Part shown: positions 1-8,971 of the stretch, one piece after another
Position numbering within the stretch: the first letter of the stretch is position 1
Layout of the letters: each line of letters begins with the position of its first letter
From: Alphaproteobacteria bacterium
GTDB taxonomy: Bacteria > Pseudomonadota > Alphaproteobacteria > SMXQ01
DNA: 59,750 nt
Direction: 5' to 3'
Assembly: GCA_004356985.1 (NCBI GenBank)
Contig: SMXQ01000008.1
Span: 1 to 59,750 of the forward strand
The notes under the pieces: model-generated
Told to the model about the DNA's origin: nothing
What the model saw: the letters and a program-made list of their open reading frames with translations, nothing else
Databases searched by the model: none
Translations under genes and position numbers: made by a program

Positions 1-209
1 TCCCGTCCCATAAACACGTACTTGATGCCGTGCTCCTTGAAGCTGCGCTCAAGGTCATCCTTATTGAATTGTGGGCAATACCGGCTGTAGGGGGCTGATC
101 TGACATCGGCCACGACCGACACCTTATGCTTAAGCAACAGCGCCACAAATATTTCCAACGGATGCGTGGAATGCCCGATGGTGAATATTGATCTCTTGCC
201 TTGCGCCAT
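1..209 (-). CDS. DUF488-family protein, N-terminal part (runs off the window edge; absent from the ORF track)
   Basis: Manual translation: MAQGKRSIFTIGHSTHPLEIFVALLLKHKVSVVADVRSAPYSRYCPQFNKDDLERSFKEHGIKYVFMGR. The TIGHS and DVRSxPxSR..PQFN motifs are typical of DUF488. RBS AAGGAAGG lies upstream of the ATG. Confidence 0.85.
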   Translation of the reverse strand, partial: MAQGKRSIFTIGHSTHPLEIFVALLLKHKVSVVADVRSAPYSRYCPQFNKDDLERSFKEHGIKYVFMGR

Positions 210-464
210 AATCAGCCTTCCTTAATTCGCGCTCGATCACTGCCGCGATAAGCTTATAGCAGTCTGAAAGAGGGGGTGGGGGCGTCGGAATGAAGATCGG
301 GTCAGGGGGGACCCGCAAGCTAGGTCACAGATTGGTCACGAACCAATCGATACTGCCCCGTAAGGGCAGGACGAAAGGCCATACTGATCTCCCGAAAGGC
401 GCTGATTTCTGCACTATTCGGGATGGAACGGGACCAACCAATACACCCCGTTTAGAATTTCAAG
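1..464. mobile_element. Right end of a putative integrative element/genomic island inserted in tRNA-Ser
   Basis: tRNA is broken at the anticodon loop; DUF488 cargo is lower in GC; GGTCAC direct repeats at 323-328 and 334-339. No integrase in the window. Confidence 0.55.
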
Positions 465-496
465 ACCGCCGCATTCGACCACTCTGCCACCTCTCC
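458..496 (-). tRNA. tRNA-Ser(TGA), 5' half only (disrupted; probable att junction)
   Basis: The minus strand reads GGAGAGG TG GCAG AGTGGTCGAA TGC G GCGGT CTTGAAA: acceptor 5' strand, D arm, anticodon stem 5' strand and the 7-nt loop with TGA. It continues TTCTAAACGG instead of ACCGC, and no T arm or 3' acceptor strand follows. Confidence 0.85.
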
Positions 497-692
497 GCAC
501 CCCGATCACATACCCCTCACCCGCTTGCCCCGCAACCCCATAGGCATCGCCGCCGGGGCGGGGGAGGGGGCCAGGGTTGGCCAGCACGAAGGGTTCCCGC
601 GCCGGCACCTTTGCCCGGCGCCTTGGGCAGATTGCCGCGGTGATGGTTTGGGATCCCGGCACGGCCGGGCTAACGGCGCATTGGGGAGTGAA

Positions 693-1155
693 TTAAGGCT
701 GATTATCCTGGGAAATGACCGAGGCTTCCGCCATCTGTTCGGCCCGGGCCAAGGTGTTGGCCATGGACCGTTCCACATCCTCGATGACCTTGCGGACTTC
801 ACTGCCGCAATCGTCCAGCTGACTAATTTTTTCGTTGAGAGCGTCAAGGGTTTCGGTGATCTGTTCCGTGGCCTGCCGGGTCTGAGTAGCCAGTGCCTTG
901 ACTTCGTTGGCGACCACGGCAAAACCTCGGCCGGCCTCGCCGGCACGGGCCGCCTCGATGGTGGCGTTCAGGGCCAGCAGATTGGTCTGGGAGGCAATGG
1001 CCTTGACCTGCTTGGAAACCTTGGAGACCTGATCGACTTCTTCCCTGTTCGATCTTGTCGAGTGCGTCAAACACCGGCTGCAGTTCTTTGCTGCTTCCGA
1101 CGTCGCTTTGGGTGGCTTTGCCGCGTGTCACCGCGACGGATACTGGGCTATCCAT
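693..1155 (-). pseudogene. Small methyl-accepting chemotaxis signalling-domain protein with an apparent 1-nt frameshift
   Basis: 693-1070 has the MCP hairpin-tip motif [37 protein letters not shown]. The ATG at 1155 has a good RBS (GGGAGAG) but is in another frame. Deleting one G in CAGGGAA (about 1043-1045) fuses the frames. Confidence 0.7.
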
Positions 1156-1226
1156 TGGTCGTGCTCTCCCGCGCCATGATGCCGATTAACTGCCCGCAAG
1201 TCATTGATAAACCTAGGCTAAAATGA

Positions 1227-1241
1227 TTAAAAAAGTCTTAC
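1227..1241. promoter_or_regulatory. CtrA-like box upstream of the MCP gene
   Basis: TTAA-aaaagtc-TTAC, a 7/8 match to TTAA-N7-TTAA, in the AT-rich region upstream of a chemotaxis gene. Confidence 0.3.
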
Positions 1242-1357
1242 GGCATTTTCAGCCCGGGCGATAAAAAACGCTTCACCCGTGGGCCCGCAACCCCATGGCG
1301 TCGCCGGCGGAGGAGGGGTAGACTTAAGGGGTTGGCCAACCCCGAGGAGGATGCCCC

Positions 1358-2002
1358 ATGGCGACCGCTTTGTCCCCGCGTGACTACATTCCCCAATCCG
1401 TTGCTCCGCTCAGGGTTGACGCGCCCGGCACCGTGCGGGAAATGCCGGCGCCCAACAAGATCCACCACATCCATATCTTCGCCGACGAAAAATATGACGA
1501 GGTGGTGGCGTTCTATGTGACGCTGCTCAACGCCGAAATGGTGCGCGAACGGCCCAACAACGTCACCTTCCTGACCTATGACGATTTCGACCACCGCATC
1601 GCCATCTTCAAACGCGAGGGGTGGAGCCACCGGGCCGACAAGACCCTGGGCGTGTCCCACGTCGCCTTCGCCTATGACAGCCTCGGCGAGCTGATGTTCA
1701 TCTACAAGAAGATGTTGGCGCTGGGGCATGAGCCCCACCGGGCGCTCAACCACGGCAATTCGACGTCGTTCGACTACCGCGACCCCGACGGCAACGAGGT
1801 CGAGATCATGATGGACAATTACGCGCCGCTCGATAACAAGGCGTACAAGAGGCACTACCAGGGCACCAAGGAATTCGGCAAATCCGGCGACGGCGAATTC
1901 GATCCGGCGAAGATGCTGGCGCTCTACGAATCGGGCGTGCCGGATTCCATCTTGCTCGACCGCGAGGAAGTGAAGCGCCTGGCCGCCGAAGGAAAGCTTT
2001 AA
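1358..2002 (+). CDS. VOC family (glyoxalase/extradiol dioxygenase-like) protein
   Basis: IHHIHI, FLTYDDFDHRIA, GVSHVAF and NHG.STSFDYRDPDGNEVEI motifs; RBS GAGGAGG. Confidence 0.85.
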   Translation: MATALSPRDYIPQSVAPLRVDAPGTVREMPAPNKIHHIHIFADEKYDEVVAFYVTLLNAEMVRERPNNVTFLTYDDFDHRIAIFKREGWSHRADKTLGVSHVAFAYDSLGELMFIYKKMLALGHEPHRALNHGNSTSFDYRDPDGNEVEIMMDNYAPLDNKAYKRHYQGTKEFGKSGDGEFDPAKMLALYESGVPDSILLDREEVKRLAAEGKL

Positions 2003-2356
2003 ACCAGGTCCAGGGAGAACGCCCGCGGCGATTTATCCTTGATCCCCCCGCGGGTGACCTTGACCCCCCGATGCTTTCTCCGCACACCGGCGGGATGGGA
2101 AAAAGCCCGGGCCGAGCGCCGACCCAGGAATGGGATAGCGAACAGGGGGCTGCAACATACCCGCGAACTATTTAAAATACATGGGCTTACGCGGGTTGCG
2201 CCAATACAGAATGGGGCTCGTCATGATGAGCGCATAAATATGCATTATAATTTCTTCTTTAATATTAGAAAAATTCGTCCTGCATTTTATCGATATGCAG
2301 CTGGAATTGTTTATAATGCCGTTCGACTTCATGCAAATTAGTAGAGGCGCCAACTC

Positions 2357-3730
2357 GTGTCTAGCTCTCCGGAAGAAGACCGCGTTGCGGAAGAATCGCC
2401 GTTACCGGAAACCTTGTCGGGCCATGCCCCGCCCGGGGGACAGGCCTGGGATATTCCCCTAGAAGAGGGGATGTCCACCCCGAGCCGGATTCCCAGGCCC
2501 GATTCACGCAACCATCCGCGGTTGGAGATGTATGCCCGCATCCTCTCGGCCATGGGCGCGGTCTTCCTCGCCGGCGCCTTCGTCGCGTGGATTTTCCTAG
2601 CCGATACGGAAACGCTCTCGCTCATCTTCTTCAAGGGCGGCACCGCCATCACCAACATGGGCCTCCTCGCGTTGGCCGGGGTCGCCGCCTTGGGATCGAT
2701 CTTTCTGGTACTGATTCTTCACCCCCTCATGCGCGCCCTTGTCAGCTCGAAGGTCGCCCCCAGGACCTTGGACGCGCCCCAGCGCGCCCTTCTCGAATTG
2801 ATCCCCAGCCCGGTTTTCTTCCTCAATACCGATGCGCGGTTGGAAGACGTGAATTCAGCCTTCATCAAGGCCGTTGGCCGCTCCGCCAGCAATGTCATCG
2901 GACGCAGCATTTACGATTTCATCCCCGAGGACGATCAAGAGGCGACCTATCAGGCCTTGCTCAAGATCGCGTCGCGGGAGGAGGAGGAATTGCGCTGCCC
3001 GATTATAACCAGCCGGGGGACGCGGATCTTCCACATCCAGGCCGAGCCCTATCAGGGCCACAACACGGATTCCCACTATATCGTCGGTATCGGACTGGAC
3101 ATCACCGAGGACAAGGCCGCCGCCGACGCCATGACGTTGAAATACCAAGACATGCACAAGGCGACGTTGCAGACCCTCGAGGTGATCGCCCACGCCGTCG
3201 AGATGCGCGACCCCTATCTTCATGGCCATCACGATCGGGTTTCCCGGCTCTCAGGCGCGCTGGCCGATCAACTCAAACTGTCTGCCGACCAGAAGGCGGG
3301 CATCGAACTGGCGGCCCGTGCCCACGACATCGGCACCATCCGCATCCCCTTCGAGATTCAGGTCAAGCCGGGTAAACTCAGCGAGGCCGAGGTCTCCATC
3401 ATCGAAGAACACGCCCAGGCCGGGGCCGATATCCTGTCGCGCATCGACTTGCCCTGGCCGGTGGCGGAAATGGTGCAACAGCACCACGAATTCATCGATG
3501 GCTCGGGATACCCGAAGGGGTTGAAGGGCTCCGAGATTTCCATGGGCGGGCGGATTCTCGCCGTCGCCGACGCTTACGACGCGCTGATCTCGCAGCGTCC
3601 CTATCGGGCCGCCATCAGCCGGATCGAAGCCCTGCAACGGCTGATGACCCTGTCGGGCCAGCATTACGACCCCAGGGTCGTGACCGCCCTCTCCGAGGTC
3701 TTGCAGAAGCACAAGTCCGACCTGAATTAG
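2357..3730 (+). CDS. Membrane-anchored PAS + HD-GYP domain c-di-GMP phosphodiesterase
   Basis: Two hydrophobic segments, a PAS-like region (VNSAF..GRS), HDIG, HHEFIDGSGYPKG, RILAVADAYDA and RPYR. Start codon uncertain. Confidence 0.88.
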   Translation: MSSSPEEDRVAEESPLPETLSGHAPPGGQAWDIPLEEGMSTPSRIPRPDSRNHPRLEMYARILSAMGAVFLAGAFVAWIFLADTETLSLIFFKGGTAITNMGLLALAGVAALGSIFLVLILHPLMRALVSSKVAPRTLDAPQRALLELIPSPVFFLNTDARLEDVNSAFIKAVGRSASNVIGRSIYDFIPEDDQEATYQALLKIASREEEELRCPIITSRGTRIFHIQAEPYQGHNTDSHYIVGIGLDITEDKAAADAMTLKYQDMHKATLQTLEVIAHAVEMRDPYLHGHHDRVSRLSGALADQLKLSADQKAGIELAARAHDIGTIRIPFEIQVKPGKLSEAEVSIIEEHAQAGADILSRIDLPWPVAEMVQQHHEFIDGSGYPKGLKGSEISMGGRILAVADAYDALISQRPYRAAISRIEALQRLMTLSGQHYDPRVVTALSEVLQKHKSDLN

Positions 3731-3771
3731 GGGCGGGGGCCGCCGCCAAAGGCCTGCCGCGTTCGGTATTC

Positions 3772-5769
3772 CTAGCGCCCGAACAGGCCCCTGAGGCTAT
3801 CCAAGGGCGAAGAGGAGGGCTTTTCCGTCGGCGATGTGGCGTCCCCGGAACCGGAACCCGAGGACCCGCCCAGCCCGGGAATCAATCCCTTCAACGATTC
3901 CAACAACCTTCCCGGTTGCTTGGCGAGGCTCCCCAGCGCGGCGCCGAAGTCGGGCGAATAGCTGATGTCGTGCCACGGCCCCTTGATGTCGACCGGCACG
4001 GAGATGCCGATGGCGCCGGTCGCCCCGCCCTGGCCCGTGGTGGCGGCCACTATTTTGGGCTCGATGCGGTAATCGATCCGCCGCTTGGGCATGTCGACCT
4101 TGCCCCTGCCGGTCAGCCGCAACAGCGGCGATTTCAACAAGAGATCAAAGTTGGTGAGGATGCCCCGGCGGATCTGGAAGCTGCCGCCCATCTCCGAAAA
4201 GTCCGTCTTCCGGGTTTCGCTGGCGCCCGAATCCAGGAACGCGCTTTTAATGTTCCGCATCATGGCGCCCAGGTTGATCCCCTTGATGGCGCCATCCACG
4301 AAGGTCACCTTGCCGCTGCCGGCAAGTGCGCGGATCATCTCGCGCTGGGTCCGGCCCCTGGTGTTTAGCCTCACCTTCACATTAGCGGTCCCTTCCACCC
4401 GGTCCAGGTCCATGGCGTCGCGCAGGAACGGATTGGCCTTGAATTTGGTGAGCGTCGCGTCGAGGGAGACCGTGGGCACGCCGCGCCCGCCGCGAATCTT
4501 CACCCTCGCCTTACCGACGCCGCCATAAAGCGCCATCTTGGTGAGGTCCGTCACCAGGATGGCGTTCCTAAGAGTCACCTTGAGATTGGATTCACCGATC
4601 TTGATCTTACGAATCAGCAGCCCGGCGACGGTGAGCTCCAGCGCCGCGTCGACACTGTCCAGGGCCGATAGATCGATGGCATCGTCGCTCCAGTCCCCGG
4701 GCCCGGCCTTGGCCGCCTGGGGCTTTCCCGGCGCCGACTTTTCCGGTGGCAAATAAGGATTGAAATCCAACCGGCCGAGCTTCAGCACCGCCTTGATGAA
4801 GGGTTTCGGCCCGCGCCGGTCGAAGGACAGCTCGCCGGTGCCCGCGATCGCGTCGAGGCTGAACTTCGCCTTGCGGAAAGCCACCACATGGCCCAACACG
4901 TCCAACTCTCCGGAGATCTTGAGCGGGCCCAATCCCTTGCCTGGCGCGGCCAGGGGCGAACCCACCCAAGCCGCTAACTTGCGCACCGACGGCACGTCGA
5001 GTTCGATGCGCCCACTGAGCGCATTGTCCTTGCCAGCCGAAGCCCGGCCCTTGAAGGAAAACGCCAGCGGCACGGATTTAAGGCTGATGTCGATTTCCGT
5101 GGTCTTGCCGGCGAGAACCGCGTTGGGGTTCGACACCACCGCGCTCAGGGTTAATTTCTCCTTGTTCCAAACAACCGACCCCTCGGCCCGCATGGGGCTC
5201 GCGAGAGAGGGGAGGGAGACCTTGAGATTGATGCCGTCCACAAGATGTCGGGCGCCGGTCCTCATGTCGGTAAAGCTGATGCGGCCATCGACCAGACGCA
5301 CGTCGCCGAGCCTGAGCCCCCCAAGCCCGGGCACCCCAGCCGGGGTGACGTCATCGGGCTTGGCCGCGGCCGGGCTTGGGGCGGTGCCAAATTGCCAATT
5401 GGGCCGCCCTTCGTTGTCAACCTCCAGGTTGATAACCAGTCTTTCCGCGACCAGGGCGTCGATTTCCAGATTGCCGCTCAGCAGCGGCAGGATGCCCACC
5501 CGTACCGTCAGCCGATCGAGGCTCATCATGGTCTTGGCCCGGCCGCCCTTGGCGTTGCCCAGGGAAACCTTGCCGGCCACGAACTCGGCACGGGGCAGGA
5601 TGGAAAGCTTGAATTCGCCGTCGATGCGGGCCTTGCGGCCGGTCGCCTCCTCGATGCCGGCGATGATCTGCCGTTTGTAAACATCGACCGGAATGAGCGC
5701 CGGCGCGATCAACGCCGCGGCGATCAGCAGTACCAAGAGCACCCCGAAACCGATGAAAAGTTTCTTCAC
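3772..5769 (-). CDS. asmA: AsmA family protein
   Basis: N-terminal anchor MKKLFIG.., ATGR..IDG, G.PNWQF, and C-terminal DGAIKGINL..T.F..G.G.VD..IDY..VPV.I.GPW. Confidence 0.88.
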   Translation of the reverse strand: MKKLFIGFGVLLVLLIAAALIAPALIPVDVYKRQIIAGIEEATGRKARIDGEFKLSILPRAEFVAGKVSLGNAKGGRAKTMMSLDRLTVRVGILPLLSGNLEIDALVAERLVINLEVDNEGRPNWQFGTAPSPAAAKPDDVTPAGVPGLGGLRLGDVRLVDGRISFTDMRTGARHLVDGINLKVSLPSLASPMRAEGSVVWNKEKLTLSAVVSNPNAVLAGKTTEIDISLKSVPLAFSFKGRASAGKDNALSGRIELDVPSVRKLAAWVGSPLAAPGKGLGPLKISGELDVLGHVVAFRKAKFSLDAIAGTGELSFDRRGPKPFIKAVLKLGRLDFNPYLPPEKSAPGKPQAAKAGPGDWSDDAIDLSALDSVDAALELTVAGLLIRKIKIGESNLKVTLRNAILVTDLTKMALYGGVGKARVKIRGGRGVPTVSLDATLTKFKANPFLRDAMDLDRVEGTANVKVRLNTRGRTQREMIRALAGSGKVTFVDGAIKGINLGAMMRNIKSAFLDSGASETRKTDFSEMGGSFQIRRGILTNFDLLLKSPLLRLTGRGKVDMPKRRIDYRIEPKIVAATTGQGGATGAIGISVPVDIKGPWHDISYSPDFGAALGSLAKQPGRLLESLKGLIPGLGGSSGSGSGDATSPTEKPSSSPLDSLRGLFGR

Positions 5770-5859
5770 TGCTGCCTCCTTCGAAGCGGTCGCCCGGAAG
5801 GCGCGCCCTGGCGATGGTCCTCATTTACCCAAGGGTTTTTGCTCTCTAAAAGCCCCCGT

Positions 5860-6195
5860 TCAGTCCTCGAACCATGTCCGTTGCCAGGGGATGACCTTGA
5901 TGGACCGCTGTCCCTCGCGGCAATAGGGCTCGGTCTTGGCCAAGGCCTCGGCCTCGGCCAGGCTTCCGCCGCGGACGACGATCAGGCCGCCCGCCTGTCG
6001 CCCGCCGTCGGTGTAGCGGTTGCCGTCGGAATCCCGCGCCGAACCGGCACCCATGAGCTTGCCCTGGTCCTTGAGATCCTGGAGATAGGCGTGGTGCTGC
6101 TCGGCGATCTCCGCGCCGCTGAGAGCGGTCGCCGGCGGGTTCGCTTCCAGGGTGGCGAAAAAGACGTAAAGCTGGTCGACCCGGCGTTCATTCAT
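5860..6195 (-). CDS. YciI family protein
   Basis: MNERRVDQLY..QHHAYLQDL..GKLMGAG..GGLIVV..AEA.A..EPY; RBS GGAGG; 14 nt downstream of the amidohydrolase. Confidence 0.75.
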   Translation of the reverse strand: MNERRVDQLYVFFATLEANPPATALSGAEIAEQHHAYLQDLKDQGKLMGAGSARDSDGNRYTDGGRQAGGLIVVRGGSLAEAEALAKTEPYCREGQRSIKVIPWQRTWFED

Positions 6196-6209
6196 GGCGG
6201 CGCCTCCGG

Positions 6210-7673
6210 TTAGGCCAGGATCTTGGCGGCCGCGTCCTCGACCGAGGTTCCCTTGAAGAAACCGGGGTTCACCTCGCCGTGCAGGCGCACGATATTGGCG
6301 AAGGTGAAGTCCCGAAAATCGTTGTCGTCGAGAAGATCTTTTTCCACCAGGCTGTAGGCTTGGACCAGGGTCTCGGTCATGTCGGGCACGTCCCAGTGCG
6401 ATACGTCGGAGGAGAACATCGCCCCCAGCCGCGCATCCTCGTGGTTCATGCGGGAATTGAAGGCCGTCGCCAGGGTCCTGTCGTCGGCCTCGCATCCGAA
6501 GAAGAATTTCGGCACGAAAAGATCGTAAATATCGCCTTCCTTTTCGATCCCGCAGGCGGCCCAATCGTCCATGCAGTCGTAATCCTCGACGTTGAAGCCG
6601 GGCCTCGCGCCCATCATCCTGTCGTCGTGGGTCTTGAAGTCGTCGAGATAAGGGGCGTAGGCCTCACCGCCGTATTCGGTCACCAAATCGCGCAACAGGT
6701 CCCGGTCGATCCGGGCCGGATCGAGATTGTCGTGCAGGGCGTTGATGTTGCGCTTCTCCCAGTGCTCGAACAGATCGTTGTAAAGCGTGACCGCCCAGCT
6801 GACGCCGCCTTCCAGGAAACCGAATCGCAGTTCGGGGAAACGGCGGGTGACGCCGCCCAGGAACAGGGCCTTGCAGGATGCGTCGTTGGCGGCCGCGAAA
6901 GAGCCGATATGGTTATAGACGTAGTTGGTTGTCGAACGCCTGGCGCCCCAGCCCTGGCCGCCCACGTGGCAGGTCGGCGCGACCTTCAAATCGACGCATT
7001 TGCGCCACATGGGATCGTAGTCATAGGGGCTGTCGAGCCCCAAGGGATCGATCCACGAAACGTAGCGCGACATCTCGGGCGCCTCGCGTTCGATAATCGG
7101 GATCGGACGGAAATTGAGATTGGTCAGTTGGACTGCCTTGAGGCCCAGGGTATTGATGGAATAATCCAACTCCTCGATCGCCTCTTCGGGCGTCCAGGTG
7201 GGGATCACCGCCGCCGGCGTCATGCGGTCCGCGTAGGGCCCGAACAGGTCGCGGTTCATGGTATTGACGGCCCGGCAGCCGGCCCGCCTGATTTCTTCGT
7301 CGCGGCAGGTGGCAAAGAAAAACTGCGACGAATAGACAATCGCGAAATCGATGCCCATTTCGTCGAGCCTGGCGCGGAACAGGTTGGGCAGCATCGCCGT
7401 GGCGAGATCCAAGGTGTTCTTGGACGGCATGGTCCAGAAGGGCGGCCGGCGTGTCTGTTTGTCGAAACGTTCCTCTGGGGATTGCTTCTGCCAGCTCTCG
7501 CGGCCAAAGCGCGCCGACTTGTAGCGCTCGACGATATCTTTGCCGCCGATTTCCTTCAGGTAATCGACCAGGACGGGATGGTATTCCTGGGTGTGACCGT
7601 CGCCATCGACCACCGGATGGTCGAGTTTCTGGCGTAATTTAAGCGAACGGGAATCAGTCTGGTCAAAAGGCAT
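6210..7673 (-). CDS. Amidohydrolase family protein (amidohydrolase_2-like)
   Basis: Start MPFDQTD after RBS GGGAGG; VDGDGH, YDPMW..C, PTCH, RFPELRFGFLEGG..W and FSSDVSHWD. Confidence 0.85.
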   Translation of the reverse strand: MPFDQTDSRSLKLRQKLDHPVVDGDGHTQEYHPVLVDYLKEIGGKDIVERYKSARFGRESWQKQSPEERFDKQTRRPPFWTMPSKNTLDLATAMLPNLFRARLDEMGIDFAIVYSSQFFFATCRDEEIRRAGCRAVNTMNRDLFGPYADRMTPAAVIPTWTPEEAIEELDYSINTLGLKAVQLTNLNFRPIPIIEREAPEMSRYVSWIDPLGLDSPYDYDPMWRKCVDLKVAPTCHVGGQGWGARRSTTNYVYNHIGSFAAANDASCKALFLGGVTRRFPELRFGFLEGGVSWAVTLYNDLFEHWEKRNINALHDNLDPARIDRDLLRDLVTEYGGEAYAPYLDDFKTHDDRMMGARPGFNVEDYDCMDDWAACGIEKEGDIYDLFVPKFFFGCEADDRTLATAFNSRMNHEDARLGAMFSSDVSHWDVPDMTETLVQAYSLVEKDLLDDNDFRDFTFANIVRLHGEVNPGFFKGTSVEDAAAKILA

Positions 7674-7928
7674 ATCATCCTCCCATGGCTGCGATGCTTG
7701 ACGGGGCGGGCCCGAAACACCCGGACATCTCTTAGGAAAAAGGGTATACCCCGGCCCCCTCATCGGCAAGCCCCATGGCGGGTCCCGGCGAAGCCTTCCG
7801 CCGCCCCCCAGGATGGCTTCGCCACCCCGGAATCGGGGACCGAAAAATGACAATTCGGGGCTCTGCCCGCCTTCGTCATTGCGCCGCGCTGGCGGCTGTG
7901 TCACAAGGGCCGAAACCTGGAGCCCGCC

Positions 7929-8954
7929 ATGAAAAGCTGCCGCTCTCTGCCCCTTCTGTTTGCCGCGGCGCTCACGCTCGTGCCCGCGGCGCGGTCGGCG
8001 GCCGCGCCGGACGCCTTCGCGGTCTGGCTCAAGGGCATCTACCAGGAGGGCTTGACCAGGGGTATTTCGAAAAAGACCCTGGAATCGGCCCTGACCGGGC
8101 TGACCCCCATCAAACGGGTGATCAGCCTTGACCGGCACCAACCGGAATTCACCCAGACATTTCGTCAATACGTGGACCAGCGCGCCAACGCCTGGCGCAT
8201 CGAAACCGGCCGCAAGCGCCTGAAAATGCACGGCGACCTGCTGAAGGCCATCGGCAAACGCTATGGGGTGCAGCCTCGATTCATCGTCGCGCTTTGGGGC
8301 ATCGAAACCAATTTCGGCCGGCACACGGGTGGTTTTTCCGTGCTGCGCGCGCTGGCCACCCTGGCCTTCGACGGGCGGCGTTCGGCCTATTTCCGCAAGG
8401 AGTTGTTCAATGCACTTGTGATCGTCGATCAAGGCCATATCACGGCGGCCGAGATGAAGGGCTCATGGGCCGGCGCCATGGGGCAAAACCAGTTCATGCC
8501 GTCGAGCTTCCTCAACTACGCCGTGGACCACGATGGCGACGGGCGCCGGGACATCTGGGGGAGCTTGGGCGACGTCTTCGCCTCGGCCGCCAACTATCTG
8601 CGGCAAGCCGGTTGGCGCGGCGATCAGACCTGGGGCCGCGAAGTCAAGCTGCCGCCGAGCTTCGACCAAAGCCTCGCCGGGCTCATGCCGAAGTCGCGGC
8701 CCAAGGGATGCCGGGCCCTGGCAAAGCTTTCGGTGGCCAAAACACTGCCTGAATGGCAGGCGCTCGGCATCCGCCGCCTCGACGGCAGCGCACTGCCCGC
8801 CCGGCCCCTCAAGGCGTCGCTGGCTCTGCCCGACGGTCCCGGCGGCCCGGCCTTGCTGGTCTACCAAAACTTTCGGGCGACGCTGTCTTGGAATTGCTCG
8901 CTGTCATTCGCCGCCGCGGTGGGGACCCTTGCCGACCGGGTCGGGCGGCGATAG
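7929..8954 (+). CDS. mltB: Lytic murein transglycosylase (MltB/Slt35 family)
   Basis: Signal peptide; WGIETNFG (catalytic Glu), GSWAGAMGQNQFMPSS, EF-hand-like DHDGDGRRD, S.ANYL. Confidence 0.92.
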   Translation: MKSCRSLPLLFAAALTLVPAARSAAAPDAFAVWLKGIYQEGLTRGISKKTLESALTGLTPIKRVISLDRHQPEFTQTFRQYVDQRANAWRIETGRKRLKMHGDLLKAIGKRYGVQPRFIVALWGIETNFGRHTGGFSVLRALATLAFDGRRSAYFRKELFNALVIVDQGHITAAEMKGSWAGAMGQNQFMPSSFLNYAVDHDGDGRRDIWGSLGDVFASAANYLRQAGWRGDQTWGREVKLPPSFDQSLAGLMPKSRPKGCRALAKLSVAKTLPEWQALGIRRLDGSALPARPLKASLALPDGPGGPALLVYQNFRATLSWNCSLSFAAAVGTLADRVGRR

Positions 8955-8971
8955 ATTGCCCGCGTCACAAC

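Noticed and set aside
370-425. Possible hammerhead ribozyme (CTGAT.. and GAAA words)
   Set aside because: The core CTGANGA is not present and I could not build the three stems.
2039-2353. Small ORFs in the AT-rich gap (2039-2341, 2168-2353)
   Set aside because: Atypical codon usage, no RBS or motifs; better explained as promoter DNA.
6210-8438. 742-aa ORF as a fusion protein
   Set aside because: The N-terminal ~255 aa are antisense to mltB and intergenic DNA; the real start with RBS is at 7673.
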